A DNA stretch of 64,000 nucleotides from an uncultured Candidatus Saccharibacteria bacterium (GTDB lineage Bacteria > Patescibacteriota > Saccharimonadia > Saccharimonadales > JBBQAJ01), in NCBI GenBank assembly GCA_964593805.1, contig CAZQHP010000001.1, positions 321,516 through 385,515 of the forward strand, read 5' to 3'. Of the stretch, positions 40,881 through 50,240 are shown in pieces (the stretch's first letter is position 1; every line of letters begins with the position of its first letter). Below the pieces are notes generated by a model. It saw only the letters and a program-made list of their open reading frames with translations, was not told the origin of the DNA and searched no databases. The position numbers and the translations under genes were made by a program.

Positions 40881-41049
40881 AGAAAAGTGCCCCAGTCTTG
40901 GGGTATTTTTCTTGGCTGGATCGGGCGAGGAGCGAACTCATAAGCGCGCAAGCGCGAGTTCGAAGACAAAGCCCACGCGCAGGAGCTCGCTCTGAGCATG
41001 GGCTGCAGGCGCATTTGCAGTATGCAAATATTCTCCCCGACTCCACCAA
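40862..41049 (+). repeat. tRNA-linked element bounded by a 20-bp direct repeat of the tRNA-Ala 3' end
   Basis: ATTCTCCCCGACTCCACCAA at 40862-40881 and 41030-41049; four internal hairpins. Confidence 0.88.
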
Positions 41050-41077
41050 CCGCTGACTTATCTGATACAATAAAACA

Positions 41078-41977
41078 ATGTCAAAATCTATCGCTTCTTG
41101 GTTCACGGTGGTGAGAGTTATTGTAATGGTTGGGGTTGTTGTTCTAGTTGCCAGCGCTATTGGCTGGTGGCGGCTGGTTTACAGCAGCCCGTCAAACGTG
41201 TTTGACCGCATGCTTGCCAACAGCCTTTCTAGCCCTTCGGTCACAAAAGTTGTTACCCAAGCCGATGAATCGCAAAACCTCAACCAAACGTCAGCGCTGG
41301 TAACAGAGCCTCAGCAAATTGTTCTAGCCCGCAGCGTACTTGGGCAAACACTTGACCCCGATACCACCGTCACAACCGAAAGCATCGGCACGCCTACCAC
41401 GGACTTTGTCCGCTACACCGACATAAAAACAAGCCAAAAAAACGCCAGCGGCAAAGCGTTTGATTTTTCATCTGTAATCGGCCTGTGGGGCAAATCAGAC
41501 CAAAACGACCCTAATGGCAGCGACGCGCAACTTTTCAACCAGACAGTGTTGGGCGTAGTGCCTGTTGCCAACGTAAGACAGCCCCTGCGCGCGGCGTTGC
41601 TTGAGGAAATTAAGACAAACAGCGTCTATAAAATAGATACTGGTTCCGTAAAGCGCCAGCTGGTAAACGGCCGCCCTGTCTATACCTACGACGTTACGAT
41701 AGTTCCCGTGGCTTACGTAACTATGCTTAAAAACTTTGCTCGCGCCCTGGGGATTACCCAGCTGGAACAGGTCGATCCCTCGCAGTATGAAAACAGCGCT
41801 CCCCTGAAATTTATTCTTGATGTTGATGTCTGGTCCGGCCAGCTTAAAAAAGTTGCCTACGGAGGTTCTGAACGAACAGAGCTATACAGTGCTTACGGTG
41901 CTCGCAGCCAGATTGATCTGCCAGCTACGTCCATCGGCGTGGATGAGCTGCAAACCCGCTTGCAACAAATCCAATAG
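41078..41977 (+). CDS. Hypothetical N-anchored exported protein
   Basis: N-terminal TM, beta-rich body; TACAAT 6 nt before ATG. Confidence 0.7.
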   Translation: MSKSIASWFTVVRVIVMVGVVVLVASAIGWWRLVYSSPSNVFDRMLANSLSSPSVTKVVTQADESQNLNQTSALVTEPQQIVLARSVLGQTLDPDTTVTTESIGTPTTDFVRYTDIKTSQKNASGKAFDFSSVIGLWGKSDQNDPNGSDAQLFNQTVLGVVPVANVRQPLRAALLEEIKTNSVYKIDTGSVKRQLVNGRPVYTYDVTIVPVAYVTMLKNFARALGITQLEQVDPSQYENSAPLKFILDVDVWSGQLKKVAYGGSERTELYSAYGARSQIDLPATSIGVDELQTRLQQIQ

Positions 41978-42016
41978 CGTTAGGCAACGCACTAGCGGTC
42001 ATCTATAATTATTCTT

Positions 42017-42772
42017 ATGCAAATTATTGTCCAAGGCTTAATGACGCACTATCAGCGCCAAGGTGCAGGCAAAACCATACTGCTGCTGCATGGCTGGGCG
42101 GATAGGCTCGAGACCTTCCGCGCCATCACTCCGGAGCTCGCGAAAAACTACGAACTTATTGCCCTGGATTTGCCTGGTTTTGGACAAACCCAAGCTCCAG
42201 CAGCCGTTTGGAAGCTAGACAACTACGCGGCATTCCTGCGGGCATTTCTGGAAAAGCTGGGAATCGCCAACATATACGCAATTATTGGCCACTCTAACGG
42301 CGGCGCATTAGCTATTCGTGCGTTATCGCTCAAACAGCTTCAAGCCGACAAACTAATTCTGTTGTCTTCCTCTGGAGTGCGCGACACCGGCAAACTCCGG
42401 CGCGCCGCCACCAAAGCCATTGCCAAAGCCGGCAAGACCGCGGTGTTTTGGCTGCCTAAAGCTACCAAACAAAAATTGCAAAAAAAACTGTATGGGACAA
42501 TCGGCTCAGACATGCTGGCCGCGCCGCATTTGCAGGAAACATTTAAACAGACTGTTCGCCAAGACATCCAGCCAGACGCCACGAAGATCGCCATACCAAC
42601 CTTGCTTATTTATGGAGACCAAGACACGGCAACGCCGCTGGAAACAGTTGGCAAGCGTCTAAATACGCGGATTGCCGGCTCTAGTCTGAAAATTATTCCT
42701 GGGGCTGATCACTTTGCGCACCAGTCAGCGGCCGATGAAGTTGCCAAAGAAGTATTGGAGTTTCTAAAATGA
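42017..42772 (+). CDS. Alpha/beta hydrolase
   Basis: LLHGW, DLPGFG, GHSNGG, GDQD, ADH triad. Confidence 0.92.
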   Translation: MQIIVQGLMTHYQRQGAGKTILLLHGWADRLETFRAITPELAKNYELIALDLPGFGQTQAPAAVWKLDNYAAFLRAFLEKLGIANIYAIIGHSNGGALAIRALSLKQLQADKLILLSSSGVRDTGKLRRAATKAIAKAGKTAVFWLPKATKQKLQKKLYGTIGSDMLAAPHLQETFKQTVRQDIQPDATKIAIPTLLIYGDQDTATPLETVGKRLNTRIAGSSLKIIPGADHFAHQSAADEVAKEVLEFLK

Positions 42773-44178
42773 AGCGCGCCATTAGCTTTCTGTCGCCCAA
42801 AGCTCCGCTGGTACTAACCTACATGCTGCAGCAGTTTGAATATAACCCAGGCAAATTTTTGGAGTGGATAGCTAGTTATCCGAATCTTTTCAAAGTCCAA
42901 AAACGTGGGAAATTGCATTTTACCAGCCGAGCCAAACTGATGGTCGCGGCGGCTTATCTGTCTTGGGGTTTCGTATTGATAGCGGGCGTGATGGCCGCGT
43001 ATTTGCAAACCAAGCCTTTGCTTTTGCTCATTTTATTAGCGCCAGCCGCTAGCGCGCTCAGTTTGTTGCTTATAACTTTGGTTCTCCAAGCGGTAATAGT
43101 TAACCCCAGGCAAAACAGGGAAATCCACGCCGCCAAGGCCAAATTGGCCAAATCTTCCGCTCAACGGATAGCTGTCATGGGCAGTTATGGCAAAACTACC
43201 ATGAAAGAGTTGCTGGTAACGGTGTTGTCTGAGGCTAAAAAAGTAGCCGCCACTCCTGGCAACAAAAACGTTTTGATTAGCCAAGCCCGCTGGGTCAACC
43301 AAAACGTCCAGGGCGACGAAGACATTTTGATATTTGAATACGGCGAAGCCGGTCCGGGCGACATTGCCAAATTGGCTGGCTTTAGCGCGCCTAGCATGGC
43401 CGTGGTAACCGGTCTAGCGCCTGCGCATATGGACGCTTATCCGTCGCTAGAAGCCGTGGCCGATGACTTCGCGGCCATCCAGGGTGTCGTCAGCCCCGAA
43501 AATACCTTTGTATCAGGGGGAAACGAACTGTTGCGTCAAAAAATAAAAGGCAATTACTATGACGAAAATGGTCTGGGCGACCGGGAAGTAACTAATGCTA
43601 ATGTGGATTTTTCTGGCACAAGTTTTACGCTTACCAACGGCGACAAAACTCTTCAGCTCAAAACCGGCCTGCTGGGCAAACACCAAATTGGTCCCATTAC
43701 AGCGGCAGTAGTTATAGCCCTAAGGCTTGGATTAACTAACGAACAAATCACTGCAGGCGTGGCGGCGACTCAGCCATATGAACACCGCATGCAGCCGCGC
43801 CATCTGCATGGCGCCTGGATTATTGACGACACCTACAATGGCAACATAGAAGGCATGCGGGCAGGGCTGGAACTACTAAAGTCGTTGCCAGGCAAACGCA
43901 AAATCTACGTAACGCCGGGTTTGGTGGACCAAGGCAACGAAACGGAGCGGGTTCACGCCGAACTCGGAGCATTGATTGCCGCGGCCAGGCCTGACCAGGT
44001 AGTCTTGATGCAAAACTCCGCCACCAGCTTTATGCAGGCTGGTTTACAAAAAGGCGGCTTTAAGGGAGAGATTAAGGTGGAGGTTAATCCGTTGGAATTC
44101 TATACAAACCTTGATCATTACCTGGCTGCCGGCGACGTGGTGATGCTCCAAAACGACTGGCCAGATAGTTACGCATAG
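42769..44178 (+). CDS. murF: MurF-like Mur ligase with N-terminal TM helices
   Basis: GSYGKTTMKE, FEYG, EHRMQ, DDTYNGNIEG, VTPGLVD, QNDWPD. Confidence 0.8.
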   Translation: MKRAISFLSPKAPLVLTYMLQQFEYNPGKFLEWIASYPNLFKVQKRGKLHFTSRAKLMVAAAYLSWGFVLIAGVMAAYLQTKPLLLLILLAPAASALSLLLITLVLQAVIVNPRQNREIHAAKAKLAKSSAQRIAVMGSYGKTTMKELLVTVLSEAKKVAATPGNKNVLISQARWVNQNVQGDEDILIFEYGEAGPGDIAKLAGFSAPSMAVVTGLAPAHMDAYPSLEAVADDFAAIQGVVSPENTFVSGGNELLRQKIKGNYYDENGLGDREVTNANVDFSGTSFTLTNGDKTLQLKTGLLGKHQIGPITAAVVIALRLGLTNEQITAGVAATQPYEHRMQPRHLHGAWIIDDTYNGNIEGMRAGLELLKSLPGKRKIYVTPGLVDQGNETERVHAELGALIAAARPDQVVLMQNSATSFMQAGLQKGGFKGEIKVEVNPLEFYTNLDHYLAAGDVVMLQNDWPDSYA

Positions 44179-44238
44179 AATTGTTAATTGTATACCTTAA
44201 TTGTACCCACTTATTGACACGTGTGGTACAATAGAGCC

Positions 44239-45408
44239 ATGAAAACAGTCGCAGTTGTATTCGGCGGGCGTAGTACGGAGCATGATGTTTCTATCATTAC
44301 GGCGCTTGCCAGTGTCATCAAGCCCTTGGAACTAACCAAACAGTACAAAGTGGAGGCCGTTTACATAGCCAAAAACGGCGCCTGGCATTGGGATGACAAG
44401 CTGAAAGATATAGAACTATTTAGTTCGGGTAAAATTCAGGACTTCTTGCACAAAAACCAGCCAGCTAGCGTGCAGTTTGACAGCGGCATGACCCTAGTCA
44501 AAGCCAGTGGTATTGCTGGGCGCAAAACCTTGCGTAAAATTGACGTGGTCTTTCCGGCCATGCACGGCACCTACGGCGAAGACGGCAGCCTGATGGGGCT
44601 GCTCAGGATGGCCAGCGTGCCGTTCGTGGGCTGCGATATGGATTCGTCAGTTCTGGCCATGGACAAGGTGCTTGCCAAGCAGGTGGCCGCATCAAACAAC
44701 ATTCCCGTTGCCAAATATGAGCACCTGTACCGCGACGGCTTTGCCCGTAAATCGGCGGATATTTTGCGCAAGATCGAAAAAAACCTAGCCTATCCTTTGT
44801 TTGTAAAACCCGCTCACCTTGGTTCTAGCATTGGTATTTCGCGGGCTACAAATACAACCGAGCTTCAAAATGCCATAGAGGTTGCCTGCCACTACGACAA
44901 CAAAGTAGTTATTGAAGAAGAAATACCCAATTTGATTGAAGTAACCCTGCCAATTATAGGGAACGACCAGCTGACACCGGGACTGTTGGAAAAGCCGCTG
45001 ACCAAACCAGAAGATTTCTTTGATTTTGAGACCAAATACCTCCAAGGCGGCAAAAAGGGCAGTGGCAAAGGCGTTAAAGGCGCGCAAGGTTACAGTGAAC
45101 TGCCAGCCAAACTGGACGAGGCATTGTATAAAAAAGCCGAACAAACCGGCCTGGCCGCTTATCGGGCGCTCGGTTGCGGTGGTACCGCCCGCGTAGACAT
45201 GCTTATAGACAGCCAAACCGACACGGTCTATTTCAACGAAGTAAATCCGCTCTATGGCGGCCTATACGAACACAACTGGCGTGCCGCCGGCGTTAGCAGC
45301 GTGGACTTAGTCCAGACCCTGATCCGTCTGGCAGAAGAACGCTTCCAACAGCAACAGCAGCAAAACACCGTCTTCAGCACCAATTATCTCCAGCAATTCC
45401 AGGCATGA
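44239..45408 (+). CDS. ddl: D-alanine--D-alanine ligase family protein
   Basis: FGGRSTEHDVS, HGTYGEDG, VKPAHLGSSIGI, FDFETKY, ARVD, NEVN. Confidence 0.9.
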   Translation: MKTVAVVFGGRSTEHDVSIITALASVIKPLELTKQYKVEAVYIAKNGAWHWDDKLKDIELFSSGKIQDFLHKNQPASVQFDSGMTLVKASGIAGRKTLRKIDVVFPAMHGTYGEDGSLMGLLRMASVPFVGCDMDSSVLAMDKVLAKQVAASNNIPVAKYEHLYRDGFARKSADILRKIEKNLAYPLFVKPAHLGSSIGISRATNTTELQNAIEVACHYDNKVVIEEEIPNLIEVTLPIIGNDQLTPGLLEKPLTKPEDFFDFETKYLQGGKKGSGKGVKGAQGYSELPAKLDEALYKKAEQTGLAAYRALGCGGTARVDMLIDSQTDTVYFNEVNPLYGGLYEHNWRAAGVSSVDLVQTLIRLAEERFQQQQQQNTVFSTNYLQQFQA

Positions 45409-46358
45409 AAACAGCAAAGGGCTTGGAGCTAAAAACCAGTACGGCATATTTTAGGGATAAATTTGTTCCTTTTGCCACTGCCAACCTAAGCATTGCCAGC
45501 GCTCCGGTTTTGTATGGGCTCAGCGTCTATACGGTTATAAATGCCAACTATAATCCACAAAATGACCAACTGTACATATTCCGTTTACGAGACCACTATG
45601 ATCGCCTGGTAAATTCAGCCAAAATTGTTGACTTCGGCGGTTTTACAGAAGCGTGGAGTTATAAAAAGTTTGAAAAAACTGTTTGCGCGTTGCTTGAGCG
45701 CAACGCCGCGAAACAAGACGTATTAATAAGGGCCACCCTATTTATTGACGAACTGTTGAGCGGAACCAAAATGCACGGGTTGCCAACCAGTCTGAGCATA
45801 TTTGTCTACCCCATGGCTTCTTTATATAAATCAGACGGCATCAACGTTTGCATATCAAGCTGGCAACGAACACCTGACAATGCTATTCCGTCCCGCGCCA
45901 AGGTCAATGGCAGCTACATCAACTCATCACTCATGAAAAACGAAGCGCTCCTAAACGGCTATGATGACGCCATTGCCCTGGACGAGCACGGCCACGTTAG
46001 CGAAGGAACAGTAGCAAACCTATTTATTGTCAAAAGCGGCAAACTTATCACACCGCATTCCGCCACCGATATTTTAGAAGGCATCACTCGCGACACCGTC
46101 CAAAAACTGGCCGTTCGTTTGGGGGTTGACCACGAAGAGCGGGCCGTTGACCGTAGTGAATTATATACGGCGGACGAAGCGTTCCTGTGCGGCAGTAGCG
46201 CCAGGATTATACCGGTGTTTTCGGTAGACAAACGGCCGATTGGCAATAGTAAAACAGGAATTGTTACTCAAAAGTTAATACGCGAATATGCGAAAGTTCA
46301 GCGCGGGCAGACCGGCAATTTCAGTGAATGGCGCTACGAGTTGTACCCCAAGAAGTAG
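45405..46358 (+). CDS. Class IV PLP aminotransferase (branched-chain or D-amino acid)
   Basis: HYDRL, AKVNGSY, EGTVANLF, LEGITR, ADEAFLCGS. Confidence 0.88.
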   Translation: MKTAKGLELKTSTAYFRDKFVPFATANLSIASAPVLYGLSVYTVINANYNPQNDQLYIFRLRDHYDRLVNSAKIVDFGGFTEAWSYKKFEKTVCALLERNAAKQDVLIRATLFIDELLSGTKMHGLPTSLSIFVYPMASLYKSDGINVCISSWQRTPDNAIPSRAKVNGSYINSSLMKNEALLNGYDDAIALDEHGHVSEGTVANLFIVKSGKLITPHSATDILEGITRDTVQKLAVRLGVDHEERAVDRSELYTADEAFLCGSSARIIPVFSVDKRPIGNSKTGIVTQKLIREYAKVQRGQTGNFSEWRYELYPKK

Positions 46359-46393
46359 CCTTTCCACCTCTGATACGCTACAATACCTCAGTT

Positions 46394-48838
46394 ATGCAGC
46401 GATATAATCCCAAAGACATCGAGCCCAAATGGCAAAAGCTGTGGGAAGAGTCCGGAATCTACAAGGCTTCGGAAGATTCCGCCAAGCCAAAGAAGTATAT
46501 CCTGGAGTATTTCCCGTATCCCAGCGGCGCCGCCATGCACGTTGGCCATGTGCGCAACTACACCATAGGCGACGCTATAAGCCGCTTCAAGCGCATGCAA
46601 GGTTACAACGTGCTACACCCAATGGGCTGGGACGCTTTTGGCTTGCCGGCGGAAAACTACGCTATCAAATCCGGTGTCACTCCACGCAAAGCGGTAGATG
46701 AAAACACCGCCAAATTCAAACGCCAGCTCATGCAGATGGGCTTTAGTTATGATTGGTCGCGGGAAATTGACAGCACCGACCCAGATTATTATAAGTGGAC
46801 GCAATGGTTTTTCTTACTGCTGTTCAAACGCGGCTTGGCCTATCAGCAAGAAAGCCTACAGTGGTGGTGTCCAGTAGACAAAACTGTGCTAGCCAACGAA
46901 CAGGTAGAAAACGGCAAATGCTGGCGTTGCGGCAACGAAGTCGAGAAAAAGGCATTGAAGCAATGGTTTTTCAAAATCACCGAATACGCCGATAGGTTGC
47001 TTGAAGATTTGGAAGACCTAGACTGGTCAGAAGGCATCAAAGCCATGCAGCGCAACTGGATAGGCAAAAGCAAAGGCGCCGAGGTAGATTTTGCAATAGA
47101 CGGGCACAAGGATAAAATCCGTGTTTTTACTACCCGGCCGGACACGCTGTTTGGGGCAACTTTCATGGTACTGGCTCCAGAGCATCCGCTAGTCAGTAAG
47201 TTGACTGTAGAGAGTGAAAAGTCAAAAGTCGAAAATTACGTAAAAGCGGCTGAAGCAAAAAGCGATATTGAGCGCCAAGAAACCGACCGCGAAAAAACCG
47301 GTGTTTTTACTGGAGCCTACGCCCTAAACCCAGTGAATGGTGAGAAAATACCGGTCTGGATAGCAGACTACGTTCTCTATGGTTATGGCACCGGCGCAAT
47401 TATGGCCGTACCGGCGCACGATGAGCGTGACTGGGAATTTGCCAAGAAATTTGACCTGCCTATTGTGCCCGTTTTCGACCAGCAGGGTGCCGACCCTGAC
47501 AAAGTCTACACCGGTGAAGGGGTGATGAAAAATTCCGGTGCCTATGACGGAAAAAGTACATCCGATGCCCGCGAGCAGATTGTCGCCGACCTTGCCAAAA
47601 AGAACTTGGCGGAAGAAAAAGTGAACTATAAAATCCGTGACTGGCTGATTAGCCGACAGCGTTATTGGGGAGCACCAATTCCAATTATTCACTGCCCAAA
47701 AGACGGCGCAGTGGCCGTGCCCGAAAAAGATTTGCCAGTGATATTGCCGGAACTAAAAAGTTTTGAACCCAGCGGCGATGGCCGCAGCCCGCTGGCCAAC
47801 GTGCCGGAGTTTGTAAACACCACTTGCCCCAAGTGCGGCGGCAAAGCCCAGCGCGAAACTGACACCATGGACGGCTTTGCCTGCAGCAGCTGGTATTTCC
47901 TGCGATTTGCCGATCCCCATAATTCTCAAAAACCATTTGACCGTGAGCTTGCCGAACGGTGGCTGCCAGTTGACGACTACATTGGCGGCGCCGAACATGC
48001 CGTCATGCACCTCTTGTACGCCCGTTTCTGGACCAAAGTCATGTATGACGAAGGCATGATAACCTTTCAAGAACCATTCAAAACTTTGCGCAACCAAGGC
48101 ATGATACTGGCGCCAGACGGCCAGAAAATGAGCAAAAGCAAAGGCAACACCATAGAACCAGACAGCATAATTGACCAAGGCTATGGGGCGGATAGTATCC
48201 GGATTATGGAGTTGTTTATCGGTCCCTGGAACCAATCAGCCAACTGGAGCGTAGAAGGCATGGGCGGCTCTTTCAGATTTCTGCAAAGAGTCTGGACCAT
48301 CTGCCAAGAATTTTTGGACATGCAAGAAGGCAAAGGTGACGCCGGTGCCGAAAAAGAACTAGAAAAAATCATGGCGGTCACCGCCAAAAAGGTGACCGAA
48401 GACTTAAATGAACTTGGTTTCAACACCGCCATTGCGGCTTTGATGGAGTGCGTAAATGACCTGTATAAACTCAAAGCCTCACACGTGCTGTGCCAAAAAT
48501 CTGACTGGCAAAAGGCCTTGACCACTCTAGTTCAGCTTTTAGCGCCTTTTGCTCCGCATATTGCCGAGGAGCTGTGGCAGCAGCTCGGACAAAAAGGTTC
48601 AGTGCACACTAGTGACTGGCCGAAGTGGGACGAGGCATTGTTGGTAAATGACACTATAAATATCGTCGTGCAGGTAAACGGTAAAGTCCGCGCAAATATA
48701 ACCGTTGCGGCTAATGCCAGCGAGGCTGAGGTTAGCAAAACGGCTCAATCTGACAAAAAAGTTGCCAGTCATCTGGCGGAGCAAAAAATCAAAAAAACCA
48801 TCTACATCCCCGGCAGATTAGTTAACTTTGTGGTCTAG
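46394..48838 (+). CDS. leuS: Leucine--tRNA ligase
   Basis: FPYPSG, HVGH, FTTRPDT, SRQRYWG, KMSKS; start moved to ATG 46394. Confidence 0.98.
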   Translation: MQRYNPKDIEPKWQKLWEESGIYKASEDSAKPKKYILEYFPYPSGAAMHVGHVRNYTIGDAISRFKRMQGYNVLHPMGWDAFGLPAENYAIKSGVTPRKAVDENTAKFKRQLMQMGFSYDWSREIDSTDPDYYKWTQWFFLLLFKRGLAYQQESLQWWCPVDKTVLANEQVENGKCWRCGNEVEKKALKQWFFKITEYADRLLEDLEDLDWSEGIKAMQRNWIGKSKGAEVDFAIDGHKDKIRVFTTRPDTLFGATFMVLAPEHPLVSKLTVESEKSKVENYVKAAEAKSDIERQETDREKTGVFTGAYALNPVNGEKIPVWIADYVLYGYGTGAIMAVPAHDERDWEFAKKFDLPIVPVFDQQGADPDKVYTGEGVMKNSGAYDGKSTSDAREQIVADLAKKNLAEEKVNYKIRDWLISRQRYWGAPIPIIHCPKDGAVAVPEKDLPVILPELKSFEPSGDGRSPLANVPEFVNTTCPKCGGKAQRETDTMDGFACSSWYFLRFADPHNSQKPFDRELAERWLPVDDYIGGAEHAVMHLLYARFWTKVMYDEGMITFQEPFKTLRNQGMILAPDGQKMSKSKGNTIEPDSIIDQGYGADSIRIMELFIGPWNQSANWSVEGMGGSFRFLQRVWTICQEFLDMQEGKGDAGAEKELEKIMAVTAKKVTEDLNELGFNTAIAALMECVNDLYKLKASHVLCQKSDWQKALTTLVQLLAPFAPHIAEELWQQLGQKGSVHTSDWPKWDEALLVNDTINIVVQVNGKVRANITVAANASEAEVSKTAQSDKKVASHLAEQKIKKTIYIPGRLVNFVV

Positions 48839-48881
48839 CCTCTTGCCACAACACCCAACGTATATAAAAATATATGAACCT

Positions 48882-48915
48882 TTCTAAAATTCACGCTATA
48901 GCGTGAATTTTAGAA
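48882..48915. repeat. Perfect 34-bp palindrome with no spacer
   Basis: TTCTAAAATTCACGCTA|TAGCGTGAATTTTAGAA. Confidence 0.9.
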
Positions 48916-49014
48916 CAGCTATAATGAGTAGCAGTGGAAGCTTGAGTTTTGGGATGTTTTCGGCTAGAATATATCCAAGATTCATCAGTAATAATTCAAG
49001 GAGATCTTTTTTTT

Positions 49015-49224
49015 ATGGGTAAACCCAAAAAACGAACATCTGCCCGCCGTACCGGCAGCCGCCGCAGCCATCTGGTTCTCAAACTGGCCAGGGCCGTGAA
49101 CGGCAAAAGCCCGGTCAAAGTATTTACAACCCGCAAAGAGGCAGGCAAGGCATTGAGCAGCATCGTTAAGCCAGCCAAAAAGACCGCTCCAAAAGTTCAA
49201 GCTAAAGCTGCAAAAGTCTCTTAG
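49015..49224 (+). CDS. rpmF: 50S ribosomal protein bL32, Cys-free form
   Basis: PKKRTSARRTGSRRSH; AGGAG SD; precedes nusB. Confidence 0.85.
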   Translation: MGKPKKRTSARRTGSRRSHLVLKLARAVNGKSPVKVFTTRKEAGKALSSIVKPAKKTAPKVQAKAAKVS

Positions 49225-49271
49225 TTGACCGCCGCAGGGCGTATACTAGGACTATAAACGGAATTTAACAA

Positions 49272-49742
49272 ATGAGTGCCAATAGACACCTCGGCCGAAT
49301 CATCGCACTGCAGACGCTTTACGAGCAGGATTTTCGGCTTGAGTGCGGCGATACAAACTTTGATCTTCTGGAAGTGCTGGAACGCAACATTGAGCGTTAT
49401 CACGAAACGGTAGACGACAGAAGTTTCATAACGGCGCTCGTCCAAGGCGTCACCAAATACGCCAGTAAGATTGACGATAGTCTCCAGCCGCTGGCACCAG
49501 AATGGCCTATTTCCCAGATTGCCCGCATGGACCGTATGGTACTCCGGATTGGCGCTTACGAATTGGTTTATGCCAAAGATATTCCGCCAAAAGTAGTAAT
49601 AAACGAAGCAGTAGAGCTGGCCAAAGCCTTTGGCGGCGACAATTCTTCCAAATTCATCAACGGCGTGCTCGGTACGCTCCTAAAACAAATCGAAGCCAAG
49701 CAACCTCCAAAGCCCAAACCCAGGAAAGCCAGTAAGAAATAA
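49272..49742 (+). CDS. nusB: Transcription antitermination factor NusB
   Basis: [38 protein letters not shown]. Confidence 0.95.
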   Translation: MSANRHLGRIIALQTLYEQDFRLECGDTNFDLLEVLERNIERYHETVDDRSFITALVQGVTKYASKIDDSLQPLAPEWPISQIARMDRMVLRIGAYELVYAKDIPPKVVINEAVELAKAFGGDNSSKFINGVLGTLLKQIEAKQPPKPKPRKASKK

Positions 49743-49744
49743 TC

Positions 49745-50239
49745 ATGCAACGACCCAAACCAATCCAAGGATTTAAAAAATTTGTCACTAGCCGCAAACC
49801 GGCTATCAACGAAGTCGTGCGCGAACCAACCGCCGGCGGCGTGATTTTTCGCCACAACGCGCGGAAAGAGATTGAAATTCTTCTGATTCAAGACGCCAAA
49901 GACCGCTGGACCATACCAAAGGGCCACATAGAAGAAGGCGAAACCGCCAAAGAAACCGCCGAACGCGAAATTCGCGAAGAAACCGGCTTGCAACAGATGA
50001 AAGTTTTGAACTGGTTGGGCAAAATCCATTTCCGCTACCGCCGTGCTACCAGTCTGGTGCTTATGACCACGGAAATATTTCTGGTCAAAGCCCAGGGCAA
50101 CACAGACAAGCTCAAGCCCGAAGACTGGATGAACGGTATCAAATGGTTTACCGCCGCCGAAGCGCTGGACAAAATTGAATACGACGATATCGGCAAACTC
50201 ATACTGCTGGCCATGAAAAAAATACGAGAGCACAAATAA
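49745..50239 (+). CDS. NUDIX hydrolase
   Basis: Nudix box GHIEEGETAKETAEREIREETG. Confidence 0.92.
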   Translation: MQRPKPIQGFKKFVTSRKPAINEVVREPTAGGVIFRHNARKEIEILLIQDAKDRWTIPKGHIEEGETAKETAEREIREETGLQQMKVLNWLGKIHFRYRRATSLVLMTTEIFLVKAQGNTDKLKPEDWMNGIKWFTAAEALDKIEYDDIGKLILLAMKKIREHK

Positions 50240-50240
50240 C

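Noticed and set aside
31638-41049. Genomic island bounded by tRNA att sites
   Set aside because: Each repeat pair encloses under 200 bp, the two pairs derive from different tRNAs, and core genes (ligA, htpX) lie between them.
40792-41106. 104-aa minus-strand ORF across tRNA-Ala and its element
   Set aside because: Antisense to a tRNA, no coding features.
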